The notes beneath the pieces were generated by a model that was not told the origin of the DNA, did no database searches, and saw only the letters and a program-made list of their open reading frames with translations. A stretch of 64,000 nucleotides of DNA. It comes from Octopus vulgaris. Taxonomy: Eukaryota. The stretch covers positions 174,406,001 to 174,470,000 of the forward strand of contig OX597817.1 of NCBI GenBank assembly GCA_951406725.2, written 5' to 3'. Shown one piece after another: positions 38,069 through 51,394 of this stretch (position 1 is its first letter; each line of letters begins with the position of its first letter). A program made the translations under genes and the position numbers.

Positions 38069-38496
38069 AAAGCTTTAAACTTGCAGACAGAATTAGGGAA
38101 CTGATTGTCTCATCAGCTTAGCATGTAGATTAACAACAGGAACATACAGACAGAGGTTATAAAAAAAAAAGGCAGGAGATGCTGCTGATGCTGCTGATGA
38201 TGATGATGATGATGACAGTGGTATTGTGCAGAAATTAAAATAATCTTAGAATGATGGATTCCTTTATGAGAATATGTTTACCGTGGCCACTGCCATCATT
38301 GTCACCACCATCACCCTCTACCATCACTCACCATCACTCACCACCACCAAAACCATCATTAGTGCCTTAATTAGGGAAATTAGATTTGCTTGTTTATATT
38401 TAAGGTAGATCAATAAGTTTCGATTCAAATATATCTTTATTTGATATATGATGATAAAGTTTCTTTGGGAGACTGATACTTTATACATATATGTAT

Positions 38497-38527
<31 letters not shown>

Positions 38528-38571
38528 CAAATACATACATACATACATATATACATACATACATATATACA

Positions 38572-38602
<31 letters not shown>

Positions 38603-39169
38603 GTATATATGTATTTATGTATGTGATGTAGAGGAAGAGATGAGGTACGGTGAGATGGATTGTTTCAATTTCTATTTTTAAGTACCTCCATTGTTCTTGA
38701 ATATATCTGTCTTCCTTTATATTCATTTTACTGTTAGGAACATTCCATAGAAGTCATCTTGTCGAAGGAAGACTCTACAGAGAGGGTCGACTTAATTCTT
38801 TGTGTGTTTCTTGTGCACACACATTCACACACATCGCCATTGCTGTCATCCTCCTCATCATTGATGAAACGTGTTGAGGCAGTTTTCTACAGCTGGACTC
38901 CCATTCTTCTATTAATTCTTTCTTGTTTCCTAGTAAGGTATATTCTGGTTTTTGTTAACAAAAATCCACACCTATGCATTGGCATTATTTTACCTGAAAA
39001 ACTAGGAACTTATATGCACGCACGCATATACCTACCTACCTACCAACCTGTCTTTATCTGTCTGTTTGTTTGTCTGCCTGTCTGTCCATCTGTTTGTCCA
39101 TCCTTCTGTCTGTCTGTCCGTCCATCTGTCAATCTGTTTATCTATCTGCCTGTCTGTTTGTCTTGTCCG

Positions 39170-39172
39170 TCC

Positions 39173-39247
<75 letters not shown>

Positions 39248-39275
39248 CATCCATCCATACATACATACATACACT
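39170..39275. repeat. (TATC)n / (TACA)n microsatellite
   Basis: Direct observation; source of the IYLS-repeat ORFs. Confidence 0.92.
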
Positions 39276-40494
39276 CATACATGATTATGATGGCCTCATC
39301 TTATCAGATGATATCCATCTCACATTCAGCCTGATTGTTCTGATTTACTTTCATCCCTGAATGTGAGTGGATATGACTTTTCAAGCCACACATCCATTGC
39401 CATAGGACTTGAAAAAATACAAAACAGGTCAAGAAATGAAATGATGAAATGATAGACATCTGTATGCTTTGGATTTAAGTGATGGAAGCTTGAACAGCAC
39501 TTTTGCCACTCTCTCGGTTGCCATGGTAGGTTCCAGTGACAAGCATTACAAGATGACTGATACCGTTGTGACTGCAAGTTTTATGTCAAAGTATCTTTCT
39601 CCTAGAAGAGAGCTGTCTTCTTCATGGCTTTGGTGAAAATAACAGGAGCCTCTTCTACCCTTGGGAAATCAATTTAATCTATAGATGGAAATTTGACAGG
39701 TACTACCAGAACAAACCTGGTAGTAATGGCAATTAAGAGATGACCCTATACCCTCAACAACTCCAGAACCCTTGAACTGAAGCCTCACTGCTGAAGGAAG
39801 TTTCATATCATACTCAGGACACACACACACACACACACAGCTCCTATACAGTTCTCATCCGCTTTTTTCACCCGGAAGCCATCAGTTAGTCTGATGCTTA
39901 TGGGGGCCATGCAACAGAAGCAAACCCCAAACCATGTAGTTGCAAAGTTGACTTCTCATCCACAAAGCCATACTTGCACTTGTGTATCTTTTGGTATAGT
40001 GGCACATTCAGTATGTAACAGCTGGAGGGAAAGAGAACTGCACCAGTAATTAGCTGGTGGTGGGGGGCAAACACAGACAGAAAGGCTCACACGCATGCAC
40101 ACAATTTTTGTTCCTTTTTCCATTTACCATTTTATATAACGCTGTTCAATATAACAAATACAGATCACTTCATATACCTTTCCTCCACAGAAGAAGTGTT
40201 AAGGTTGCATCCTCTGGTAAAGAAGATTGGCCTGCAAGAATCCTGTGCTAGTGCCATGTAAAAGCGCTCATGTTGGTGGCTTGTTAAAAACACCTGGCAC
40301 TCATTGCAAAGTGGTTGCTTTTAGGAAGGGCCTTCAGCTGTAGAAAGCAAGCCAAATAAGACTGGAACCTGGTGCAGCCTCCCAGCTTGCCAGCTCTGGT
40401 GAAACTGTTCAACCCATGCCAACATGGAAAGCAGACATTAAAGGATGATGACATTAAAGGATATATATATATATACACACACACACATATAATA

Positions 40495-40784
40495 ATAATA
40501 TTAGGGATTATAACTCCAAACTTACAGGGAAAAAATTCAGTTTAGTATTAAATCAAATTTCACAATATAAATATATAATATATAAAACAAAAAGTACAAA
40601 AATGAATAAGCAATATACAATAAGTAATAAGTAATACTTATATATTTACTTATTATATATTGATTATTTATTTTTGTACTTTTTGTGATCTAGTTATATG
40701 TTTTAAAAATTATATTTTATTTTTTATTTATGATTTGGTTTTTGTCTGTCATTGTTTGAATTGCATAATAGTGGTTTTTCTCTA

Positions 40785-40790
<6 letters not shown>
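40495..40790. mobile_element. AT-rich inverted element in (TA)n, related to 61275-61605
   Basis: Shares TATTAGG..CCAAA.TTACAGG..AATCAA and ATAATAGTGGTTTT ends with the 61.3-kb element; internal inverted repeat; no hammerhead retained. Confidence 0.5.
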
Positions 40791-40849
<59 letters not shown>

Positions 40850-42039
40850 TCTTCTTTCAGTTTCCTTCTATCAAATCCACTCATAAGGCTTTGGAAGTCA
40901 CTTGCCCAAGGTGTCATGGAGTGGGATTGAACCTGGAACCATGTGGTTGAGAATCAAACTTCTTACAACACATCTACACCTGCACCTATTCATGCATCAT
41001 ACTCTCCCAATCTTCATGTTTGTTTTATAGCTGTTTCCTTTCACACTTTACCAATCTTCCTCAAGGGGCTTTCATAAGCATTTATACTTTTATGTATGTG
41101 TGTATGTATAAATGTATATATATGTGTGTATATGTATGTATAAATGCTCTTCCTTTCATATCCTCTCAAAGTTAGCAATACTAAAAGTTATTAAAATGTC
41201 AATGAATAATAAAATGTTGGAATACACAATGTGGTTGTATTGAATGAAAAAAGGGGAAATGAGCTGGATTATGTAAACTTTTCTCTACACCTGTATTTAC
41301 TCACAACAGATACCTTCCAATTGAAACCAAACAAAAGTGAGATTATGATTTTCAAAACCTGAAAGATGCATGAAACCATCTCACATTTCAGCTTTGTTTA
41401 TCTACCTGTGCTGAATGTGAGAAATTTGTATTTTATAGAGTGTTTTTGATATGTTTTTTATTATTGTGTTTTTAGAGGAGATAACTTAGTATTTTTCAAC
41501 TGTGATTTGGTATGTGTGTGTGTGAATGTATGCATTTATATGTGTGCGTGTGTGTGTGTATGCATGTATATATATATGTGTGTATATATATATGTGTGAG
41601 TATATGTGTTTATGTGTGGGTGTATATATATTGTGTATGTGTGTATGTATGTGTGTTTATATATACATGTATGTGTATATATATATGTATATGTGTGTGC
41701 ATAAGTGTGTGTGTGTGTGCATATATATGTGTGTATATGTATGTATAAATGAATATGTATAAATGTATATATATGTGTGTATATGTATGTAACAATGTAT
41801 ATGCAAACATGTATGTATATACTATATATGTATGTGTGAGGTTGATATATACAAATCCACAACAAATAAAACAGCATCCCAAAGATTGGCCCTTCTTTTC
41901 AAATCCAAAAGGTGCTTGAAAAAGTACCTCCAAACAATTATTATATGTCTACAAAACTCTGATGAGATCTGCAAGGGAGTATTCTTGCCACATCTGGGAC
42001 TGCGCTTCTGCTGTACACATAAACATCTTAGTGAGGGTT

Positions 42040-44722
42040 GGTGACAGGAAGGGCATCCAGCTGATGAAAATTTGCTTCAACGAATTCCATCCAACCCAGG
42101 CAAGCATGGAAAAGTGAATATTAAAGCAATGATATATATATTTGTATGAATGAGAAAAGATGTATGTATATTTCTATAATTAAATACACCACAGAACTTT
42201 TACTGTAAACCGTCAACATAGAATTATCAGACAGGAGACATAATTTGTGTGTGTTTCTGTGTGTGTATGCACTTGCACACATATACATTAATATTGGAAT
42301 GAATAATCACAGCAGGTGTCAGATTTCATCGAAATGATAGTTTAATATGTTGCTTTCAATTCTCACTGCTTAGAATACTAAATACTATGTTGATGCCTTA
42401 GTAGCTAATGTAATGGACAGAAATAAGCTACATTCATATTTATACATGATGGCTTGGTTGTATTTTATTCTTGTTTAATTCTTTTGGTGCTTATTTACCT
42501 TCTTAATTTTACACCTAAATGTTACATGTCTTCAATTCCTTGTATATTCTCAATTAGCTAAACAGTGTATATTCTCAATTAGCTATTAAGCATTAAACAT
42601 CCCCAATTCACATTAAATATTACATATCTTTAATTCCTTATTACATAATACATACCATTAATTCCCCACTAAAAATGAAACATCCTCAATTCACATTAAA
42701 TATTACATACCGTTAATTCCCCATTAAATATTACATCATCATCATCATCATCGTTTAACATTTGCTTTCCATGCTAGCATGGGTTGGGCGATTTGACAGA
42801 GGTCTGGCGAACCAGATGGCTGCACCAGGCTCCAATCTGATCTGGCAGAGTTCCTACAGCTGGATGCCCTTCCTAATGCCAATCACTCCAAGAGTGTAGT
42901 GGGTGCTCTTATGTGCCACCAGCACGATGGCCAGTCAAACAGTATTTCATATCCTCAATTCCGCATTGAACATTACATATCTTCAATTCCCCATTAAACA
43001 CTCCAAAACTAAAATATATTCAAGTTATCAACAGTATAGTAAGGTTTCATGTATAAATATGATTGTAGCTCATTTCTGTCCATCACATTAGCTACTAAAA
43101 GCATCAACATAGTATTTAGTATTCTAAGCAGTGTGAACTGAATGTAAGGTATTTATACTGATACTATAATGGGCTCAGCTTTTCAAACTTACCTGATCTG
43201 CTTCCTCCTTTATTCAAGCATACTTGACTCATTCATCTATTCCTCTTTCATCATCCATATAGTGTTAATTCTTCCTGGCTTCACATTAGAACTATGCTCA
43301 ATCCATTTTCTCCTCAGAATGTGTCCCCTCTGAAATTCCGTCCCTGATCATGATTTTACTGCTGTCATAAACTTTGACTTACATCAGTTAATGACATCAA
43401 TTTCACTAGTTTCTTAGGCCTGCAAAGGCTGAGGGCATTGCTTCTTCTTCCTGAGCTGAAAAAAAAATTACATGAATGATTTGAACCTGAGCATGAAGGA
43501 TTGAAGATATGAAATATTTTATGAGGAACTGAGGGTACGCAATATTTAACAAGGAAACTGAAGGTATCATTATGATCGTTTAATGTTCGCCATCCATGCT
43601 GGCATTATTTAATGAAGACTTGAGGGTGTTTAACTGAGAATTGAAGGTATGTGCTGTTTAATGGGGAATTGAGGGTTTGTGCTGTTTAATGGGGAATTGA
43701 AGGTATGTGCTGTTTAATTGGGAATTGAGGGTTTGTGCTGTTGAATGGGGAATTGAGGGTATGTGCTGTTTAATGGGGAATTGAAGGTATGTGCTGTTTA
43801 ATGGGGAATTGAGGGTATGTGCTGTTTAATGGGGAATTGAGGGTATGTGCTGTTTAATGGGGAATTGAGGGTATGTGCTGTTTAATGGGGAATTGAGGGT
43901 ATGTGCTGTTTAATGGGGAATTGAGGGTATGTGCTGTTTAATGGGGAATTGAGGCTATGTGCTGTTTAATGGGGAATTGAGGGTATGTGCTGTTTAATGG
44001 GGAATTGAGAGTAGGTAATGTGTAATGGGAAATTGAATGTATGTCATATTTAATGTGAATTGAAGGTGTTTAATTTTTATTGGGGAATTAATGGTATGTA
44101 GCATGTAATGGGAAATTAAAGGTATGTAATATTTAATGTGAATTGGGAATGTTCAATATTTAGTGGAGGATTGAGAACACACACTGTTTAACAAGGAATT
44201 GAAGATGTGTAATATTTAATGAACATTAAGTATCTGACAGGTGTAAAATTAAGAAGGTAAACAAGCACAAAAAGAATGAAACAAAAACTAAAATATAACC
44301 AAGTTATCAATACTATAGTAAGGTTTCATGTATAAATATGAATGTAGCTTATTTCTGTCCATTACATTAGCTACTAAGGCATCAACATAGTATTTAGTAT
44401 TCTAAGCAGAGTGAATTGAATGCAAGGTATTAAACGATCATTTTGATGAAATGTGATACCTGCAGGTTTAAGGTATACATGTGCAAGTGCATACATGCAT
44501 GCACACACACACAAACACCAATTATGTCTTTTATCTGATAGTTCTGTGTTGATGGTTTACCGTAAAAGTTCTGCGATATGTTTAATTGTAAAAATATATG
44601 CAACTTTTCCCATTCATACAAGTGTACATCATTATTTTAACGTCTACTTTTCCATGTTTGCATGGGTTGGATGGAATTTGTTGAAACAGATTTTTTTCAG
44701 CTGGATGAAAATCATCCTGTTT
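42040..44722. repeat. Long inverted duplication or fold-back (~700-bp arms)
   Basis: 42040-42735 is the reverse complement of ~44020-44722, e.g. CTTAGAATACTAAATACTATGTTGATGCCTTAGTAGCTAATGTAATGGACAGAAATAAGCTAC; extra partial copy ~43004-43152. Confidence 0.85.
43636..44030 (+). repeat. 28-bp minisatellite AATTGAGGGTATGTGCTGTTTAATGGGG, ~14 copies
   Basis: Direct observation; degenerate units continue into both arms of the inverted duplication. Confidence 0.93.
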
Positions 44723-44994
44723 TGAAGCAAGGTCCTATTTCCTCATAATCAGACATGTTTTCATGCAAGTTTGGTAAAGAAGGACACTGCTTGCATATCT
44801 GCCAAATCTACTCACAAGGCTTTGGTTTATAGTAGAAGACACTTGCCTGAGGTACCATGCTGTGGGACTGAAAGCGAAACCATGTAGTTAGGAAGTAAAT
44901 TTCTTACCACCAAGTGACACCTGTGCATATATATATATCTTTAACTTCCAAAAGGTTTACATAGTCGCAGGAGTTGCTGTGTGGCAAGTAGCTA

Positions 44995-45375
44995 TAGGCG
45001 CAGGAGTGGCTGTGTGGTAAGTAACTTGCTTACCAACTACATGGTTCCAGGTTCATTCCCACTGCGTGGCACCTTGGGCAAGTGTCTTCTACTATAGCCT
45101 CAGGCCGATCAAAACCTTGTGAGTGGATTTGGTAGATGGAAACTGAAAGAAGCCTGTCGTATATATGTATGTGTGTATATGTTTGTGTGTCTGTGTTTGT
45201 CCCCCTACCATTGCTTGACAACCAATGGTGGTGTGCTTATATCCCCATAACTTAGAGGTTCAGCAAAAGAGGCTTACAAAGAATAAGTCCTGGGGTCGAT
45301 TTGCTCGACTAAAGGTGGTGCTCCAGCATGGCCGCAGTCAAATGACTGAAACAAGTAAAAGAGAGAGAGAGAGTA
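44995..45375 (+). mobile_element. SINE family A
   Basis: Head, core and tail; partial head duplication just upstream and a minus-strand head at ~44800-44925. Confidence 0.9.
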
Positions 45376-47220
45376 AAAAGAGTATAGTAAAAATATCAGC
45401 TGCTGAATCTCATGACTGCAATATTGAATCAGTATAACTTTTAAGTGCTGTCAGGGTTTATCATATTTCAACGTAACCGGAAGTCAGTATTTGCAATATA
45501 CCAAGAAGGCTTGTCATGGTTGCATGGCAATTAGAATTGTTATTCCTGAACTCTGTGAGTAAATGCCATTCATCAAGTCTGAGTAATGATTTGATATGAA
45601 AATTTACATCTACAGGTTGTGGTTATCTAATTAGAAAGTCTATTTGTAGAAAAATAGTTCTGCAAAAATGTATTTTGATGCTTCATAACCTGGTTTTCTT
45701 GCTTATATGAAATCCACTTTATTATCTATGATTAGTCTTAAGTTATAACCTTAAGTTGCATCACCTTTGTGAAATCTCAATACTGAGAAGTAACAATCTT
45801 TGTGTCAATCAATGAATGTGATTAGTGCTGTACCTGGAGAGATATGTTGCTGTTGGTTCATAATTTCAATTAATTAGACCAAGAACAGAAGAGTTCAGTG
45901 CTTTGTTTAATACCATACTGAAGCGTAAGCCAATTGGTATGAATTGTTGAACATAAGTTTTCAGTGGCTGAGTATGAAAAATATCAATCAAAATACTTGT
46001 CTTTCAAAACCTTTCTTTTGTTCATATTCATCTGTTGGAGAATGATATCCTTATGCTTTTACAATATTCGTATATTTCAGACATCTAAATTAGCATATTA
46101 GAAACAACCAAATTATGCATGTGGTTATTTGATTGGAAACTGCTGCTGCCTATAGTTGCTTATGGAGTAAGAAAGAAGGAGAGATTGAGAAAGAGAGAGA
46201 GAGAGAAAGAGAAAGAGAGAGAGAGGGTGACTACTATGAGATGAGAGAGAGAGGATAAATGTTTTTATTAAAAGGAGAAAACCATTTCTAGGTTTTTTGT
46301 TTTTCTTTTCTGTTAAGAAATCTTTTGCTATGAGTGAAAAGAAGGAAAAAGCATCTTATATTTCCCTATTTATATGCTTCCACTCTGTTCACCTCTCACT
46401 GCATTTCCCTTTATCCTCATTTCTGTCCATCTGTTACTCAACTTTCAGACTCCCATGAACTTGCTTACACATCTGTGACACTTCTCTTACACTCACCTTC
46501 CTGTGACTTGAGGGTGCACTCTGACACTTCTTCACCATCATATTTGCTTTTCTTTTTTCCAGCTAGGGCAACCATATATCTCATGACATCAAGACACTTT
46601 TTCCTGTCCCTCTGTTATTCTTTAAACTCGCATCACCTGGCATTAAGCCATCTCTCTTTCAATACTACTCCCCCATCAATTCATGATGTTTTATGAGAGG
46701 TGACATCACTAGTATTGATGCCATGATAAAATGCACCCAGTACACTCTGTAAAGTGGTTGGCATCAGAGAAGGCATCCAGACTGGTAACTGTGTTAAAGC
46801 AGATAATATAGTTTTCTGGCTCACCAGCTCCTGTTAAGCCGTCCAACCCATGCCTGCATGGAAAATAGACATTAAATGATTGTGATGATGATAAACACTC
46901 CTTGAGTTCAAAGCAGTTTCTAACATTTGAAGAAATTTATAAATAATGGTATAACATACTGCAGGATTCTGGAATGCATTTTAAAATGTCAAATATAATA
47001 AAGGAAAAGAAGGAAGAGAGAAGGAAGCTGTATAAAAACAAAGAAAAAAAAATGCTGTTAAAATAAATATCTGTTTTGAAAATCATGCATTCTGTCTAGT
47101 TTCTGTTCAGTGAAAATGAAACACAGACATTATTCAAATACACAGTTTTCAAATATACTAAACAATTGGAGTATTTTCAGCAAAATGACTATGACAAATT
47201 TACGAGAGACTATATGTTTA

Positions 47221-47530
47221 GGAGTGGAGACACATGGCCTAGTGGTTAGAGCAGCGGACTCGCAGTCGAGGGATTGTGGGTTCGAATCTCAGATTGGGCG
47301 ATGTGTGTGTTTATGAGCAGAACACCTAAGCTCCAAGCGGCTCCGGCAGAAGGTAATGGTGAACTTCTGCTGACTCTTTTGCCACAACTTTCTCTCACTC
47401 TTTCCTCCTGCATCTTGCAGCTCACCTGCGATGGACCGGTGTCCCATCCTGGTGGGGAACGTATACGCCAAGGAAACCAGGAAACCAGCCTTTATGAATC
47501 AGGCATGGCTCGAGAAGGAACAAACAACAA
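47221..47530 (+). mobile_element. tRNA-derived SINE, family C head with a different (AAC)n tail
   Basis: A box TGGCCTAGTGG, B box GGTTCGAATCT; head similar to 56632, tail diverges. Confidence 0.8.
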
Positions 47531-47949
47531 TATGCTTAGGAGTGACTATTTGGCAGATGTTAATGTCTTAGAGTTAGAAGCTCTTTTATGGCATAGCAGA
47601 CTGAGAAAGGCAGCTTATATAGTTTTTATAGAAAATGAACAAATTATAAATATATAATATTTGTATATTTGTAGCAGGTGCTACATCTTTTGCATCAGTA
47701 TGGGTAAATTTGTTCTTGTATTGTTCTATGGCCTGGTATATGAATCTTTTCAAATAATTGTTGTTGATTAATATTTGTTTTACATGTAAGATATTCCTAT
47801 TTAAAGTTTCTGAGGGCAGGAAAGATGCTTTAAATAAGGAAAGCTTCTCTCTTTTGTAAAGATTTTTTTCTCATTCCTTTATCCTCATCTCTATCCATCT
47901 GTTACTCAACTTTTAGACTCCCCTGAACTTACTTACCCATCCATGTTAT

Positions 47950-48262
47950 AGTGAAAATCATAAGTCTTGTGAAATATAGCTACCCAGGGTGTCCTGGCCA
48001 AAACATTAATTTATTTTGACGTTTTCCAAGCTGAGAACAAGACCATTTGTTAGTTGTTTTAAGCTAATGACGTTTAAACAAGGAATGCTCTTAAGGAAGG
48101 CAGAGTTCTTTCTGTTTCCTTCCTTATGAGCATTCCTTGTTCAAACATCATCCTCTTATAAAGTGGTCTGGTTCTCAGCTTGAAAAAATGGCAAAATAAA
48201 TTAATGTTTCAGTCAGGAAACCCTAGGTAGCTGTATTTCACAAGACTTGTGGTTTTCGTTAT
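47950..48262. mobile_element. Fold-back MITE (whole-element hairpin)
   Basis: GAAAATCATAAGTCTTGTGAAATATAGCTACCCAGGG vs CCCTAGGTAGCTGTATTTCACAAGACTTGTGGTTTTC; pairing continues to an apex near 48107. Confidence 0.8.
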
Positions 48263-48402
48263 ACTATTATCTTTACTCTGTTCACTGTGCAAGAACTATA
48301 CTACTTGTTGAAGCCTTACCACACATGCACACATACACATGTGTGTGCATGACTGAATTTTTCCTTTATGATATCACACTGCCCCTGGCTGTTTATATTA
48401 AG

Positions 48403-48443
<41 letters not shown>

Positions 48444-48449
<6 letters not shown>

Positions 48450-48731
48450 GAGAGAAGATTTTTTTCTCAAAGAGTTAAGATTGAGAAAAGAACCTTTTTA
48501 GAAAGTCGAAAGGCACTAACATTTGGGAAGAGATAACACAAAATGCATGTGGCTTTTGCTTTTAATACTTGCTTGAAAACATTAAGAACTGAAAACGCTT
48601 GCACATCTATAAAAGCAAAAGCCAAACACATTTTGTGAAATCTCTTCCCAAAGGTTCGTGCCTTTCGACTTTCTAAAAATGGTTCTTTTCTCAATCTTAA
48701 CTCTTTGAGAAAAAATCTTCTCTCCAAATAT
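48444..48731. mobile_element. Fold-back MITE with ~120-bp TIRs, adjacent to (TA)n
   Basis: ATTTGGAGAGAAGATTTTTTCTCAAAGAGTTAAGATTGAGAAAAGAACC.. mirrored at ~48680-48731. Confidence 0.85.
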
Positions 48732-48843
48732 TATAACTGTATCAAGGAATTTCCCAAATACTCCACATATATATATGTGTGTGTGTGTGTATAAATAAGT
48801 ATATATATATGTATATATATGTATATATATCTGTGTGTGTATG

Positions 48844-48884
<41 letters not shown>

Positions 48885-48886
<2 letters not shown>

Positions 48887-49080
48887 AGGTTATGAGAAGT
48901 AGTGGTGTTAGTGAGACCCAAAGGTGTCACGTAATGCTGAATAAGTGCTATGGAAAGACCATAGTTAACCATCTTCTCAAACCGTCTCCAATGAAGGGAT
49001 ATAATAAATATCCTAGAAACAGCTGTAAGACCTTCTATTTATAAATGTTCTATCTACACAGCCTTTGTTTTTTTATTTCA
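48885..49080 (+). mobile_element. Penelope-like terminal fragment with hammerhead motif (48984-49031)
   Basis: GTCT-CCAATGA-A-GGGATAT-aataa-ATATCCT-A-GAAA-CAGCTG-TA-AGAC; begins at (TA)n. Confidence 0.65.
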
Positions 49081-49120
49081 TTATGGAAATAAATTATATA
49101 TATATATAGAAATATTAAAA

Positions 49121-49478
49121 TTTTCAATGCAGCGTAGCCAGCCAGTAGGTGTCGCTTCCGAGACTTAGTAATTTTAATATTTCTATTATTGAAACAAGTG
49201 GATGTATTCCACCGAAACTAGGTAAATAAAACCATCGAACAGAGATTGTCGGAGCGACACCTACTGGCTGGCTACGCTGCATTGAAAAGGGGCAATACCC
49301 CGAAACGCGTCTGTAGCTGCCGGTCAAGTAGTGTGGAGCGACTGACCTCCTTGTTCGAAGGTTATATGGATACAGTTTGTGTATCAAATAGCTAACTAAG
49401 GCGATGGCCTCATGGAGCTAATAAGCGGACAGCTTTATTCTTATTTTTATAAGAATGCCATATTAGTATGGCGATAAC

Positions 49479-49480
<2 letters not shown>
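49121..49480 (+). mobile_element. Penelope-like fragment with ~40-bp 5' inversion and hammerhead motif (49276-49317)
   Basis: 49121-49161 inverted vs 49249-49288; GCTGCA-TTGAAAA-GGGG-caata-CCCC-GAAA-CGCG-TC-TGTAGC; ends in long (TA)n. Confidence 0.7.
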
Positions 49481-49955
<475 letters not shown>

Positions 49956-50377
49956 CTGGTATTAAATTATATTATTGTTGAATGAGTAACATTCTGTTTT
50001 CTAAAAATAAAACCAAAAAACTGAAAAATCTCATCTTGCAGTTTAAATTAAAATTGTTCTTGATTTCAGAGTTTCTTGTCTCTTCATTCATTAACTTGTT
50101 CTGCGGCAGTATAGAAATATCTGGTGATTAGATTATAAGAAAGTCTAATTTGTGTCCAAGGCTATGTAATATATCATTTTGAGTCAATTCAACTGTATGT
50201 TTCTTTAGTGATCATTTTCACTCTGCACAGATATTTATGTAGACAATAAACACAAGATTCTGAACAGAGGTAGATCAAATGATTATATCGTTATTTTTGG
50301 CTTTAAAATAATGTGCATCAGTGGCTGTCTCCACATCACGTTCTATCAAGATGTATCTCATATATATGAGAAATATG

Positions 50378-50409
<32 letters not shown>

Positions 50410-50459
50410 GTTGTATATATATATATATATATATACACACACGTACATACATACATACA

Positions 50460-50523
<64 letters not shown>

Positions 50524-50744
50524 AGGAAAGTAAGAGAAATAAACGAAAATGCACATTGTAAATAAAAAAAAGTAAATGCTTTTTATGAAAAGTAACGAGA
50601 GATATCTACAATTAGATGAACTGAGGTAGGAATACAAGTAATAAAAGTCATTATTGTGAATTGTTAAAGAGATTCAAGCATACTGGTGGTTTCGTAAGTT
50701 ACTAGTCATTGCTTTGAATAATGCTTAACAACATTAATAGCAAC

Positions 50745-51035
50745 ATAGAGGGATGTCATCACAGAGTATACACACAGCAAATTTTAGATGGGCTGGACAC
50801 GTCGCCCGGCTCACCGATAATCGGTGGACCCATGCAGATGTCGAGTGGTACCTGCGCAAGTGGAAACGACCACCCAGAAGGCCTCCACGACGGTGGAGTT
50901 ACGATTTCAGGAGAACGATTGGGATCACGTGGATGAGAAAGGTGCGATCCAGAGAGGAGTGGACAGCGTGCTGTGACCAGCGGTGTCAAATGGATGCCTG
51001 ACGGACTGGTCGGTCAAGGTGATCAAGGTGATATA
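50745..51035 (+). mobile_element. RTE-clade LINE 3' end
   Basis: ORF 50753..51001 FRWAGHVARLTDNRWT..EWYLRKWKRPPRRPPRRW; tail GGTCGGTCAAGGTGATCAAGGTGA-(TA)n. Confidence 0.92.
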
Positions 51036-51359
51036 TATGATATAAAATGAGTAAATATTCAAATGAATATTCATAAAGATATTATTATTATTATCATTAT
51101 TATTATTATTATTATCAGTGGTAAATCTAAACAATTGATAATAACAACAACAATAATATTAATCACAGCAAGCAATATTAGCATTAAATAGCAATACAAT
51201 AAATTCATAATTATAATAGAGGTTACATGAAGCACCAGCTTGCTAGAAAGGAGAGTCAAAATCCTCAACTTATTTACCAATCTCACTGAAAATGCATGAT
51301 GTGTGTGTGTTTGTGTGTTTGTTTGTGTGTGTGTGTGTGTGTTTGTGTGTTTGTTTGTG

Positions 51360-51394
<35 letters not shown>

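Noticed and set aside
38759-39360. 191-aa ORF with IYLS repeats
   Set aside because: Runs through (TGTC)n/(TATC)n microsatellites.
43636-44030. Regular 28-bp repeats resembling a CRISPR array
   Set aside because: Units are contiguous with no unique spacers, there are no cas genes, and the context is eukaryotic: a minisatellite.
45456-45555. Open frame GLSYFNVTGSQYLQ.. ending at GTGAGT
   Set aside because: Poor polypyrimidine tract and no recognisable homology; not supportable as an exon.
50070-50123. Exon candidate after TTCTTGATTTCAG
   Set aside because: Weak donor, and its only open frame is not phase-compatible with the other candidates.
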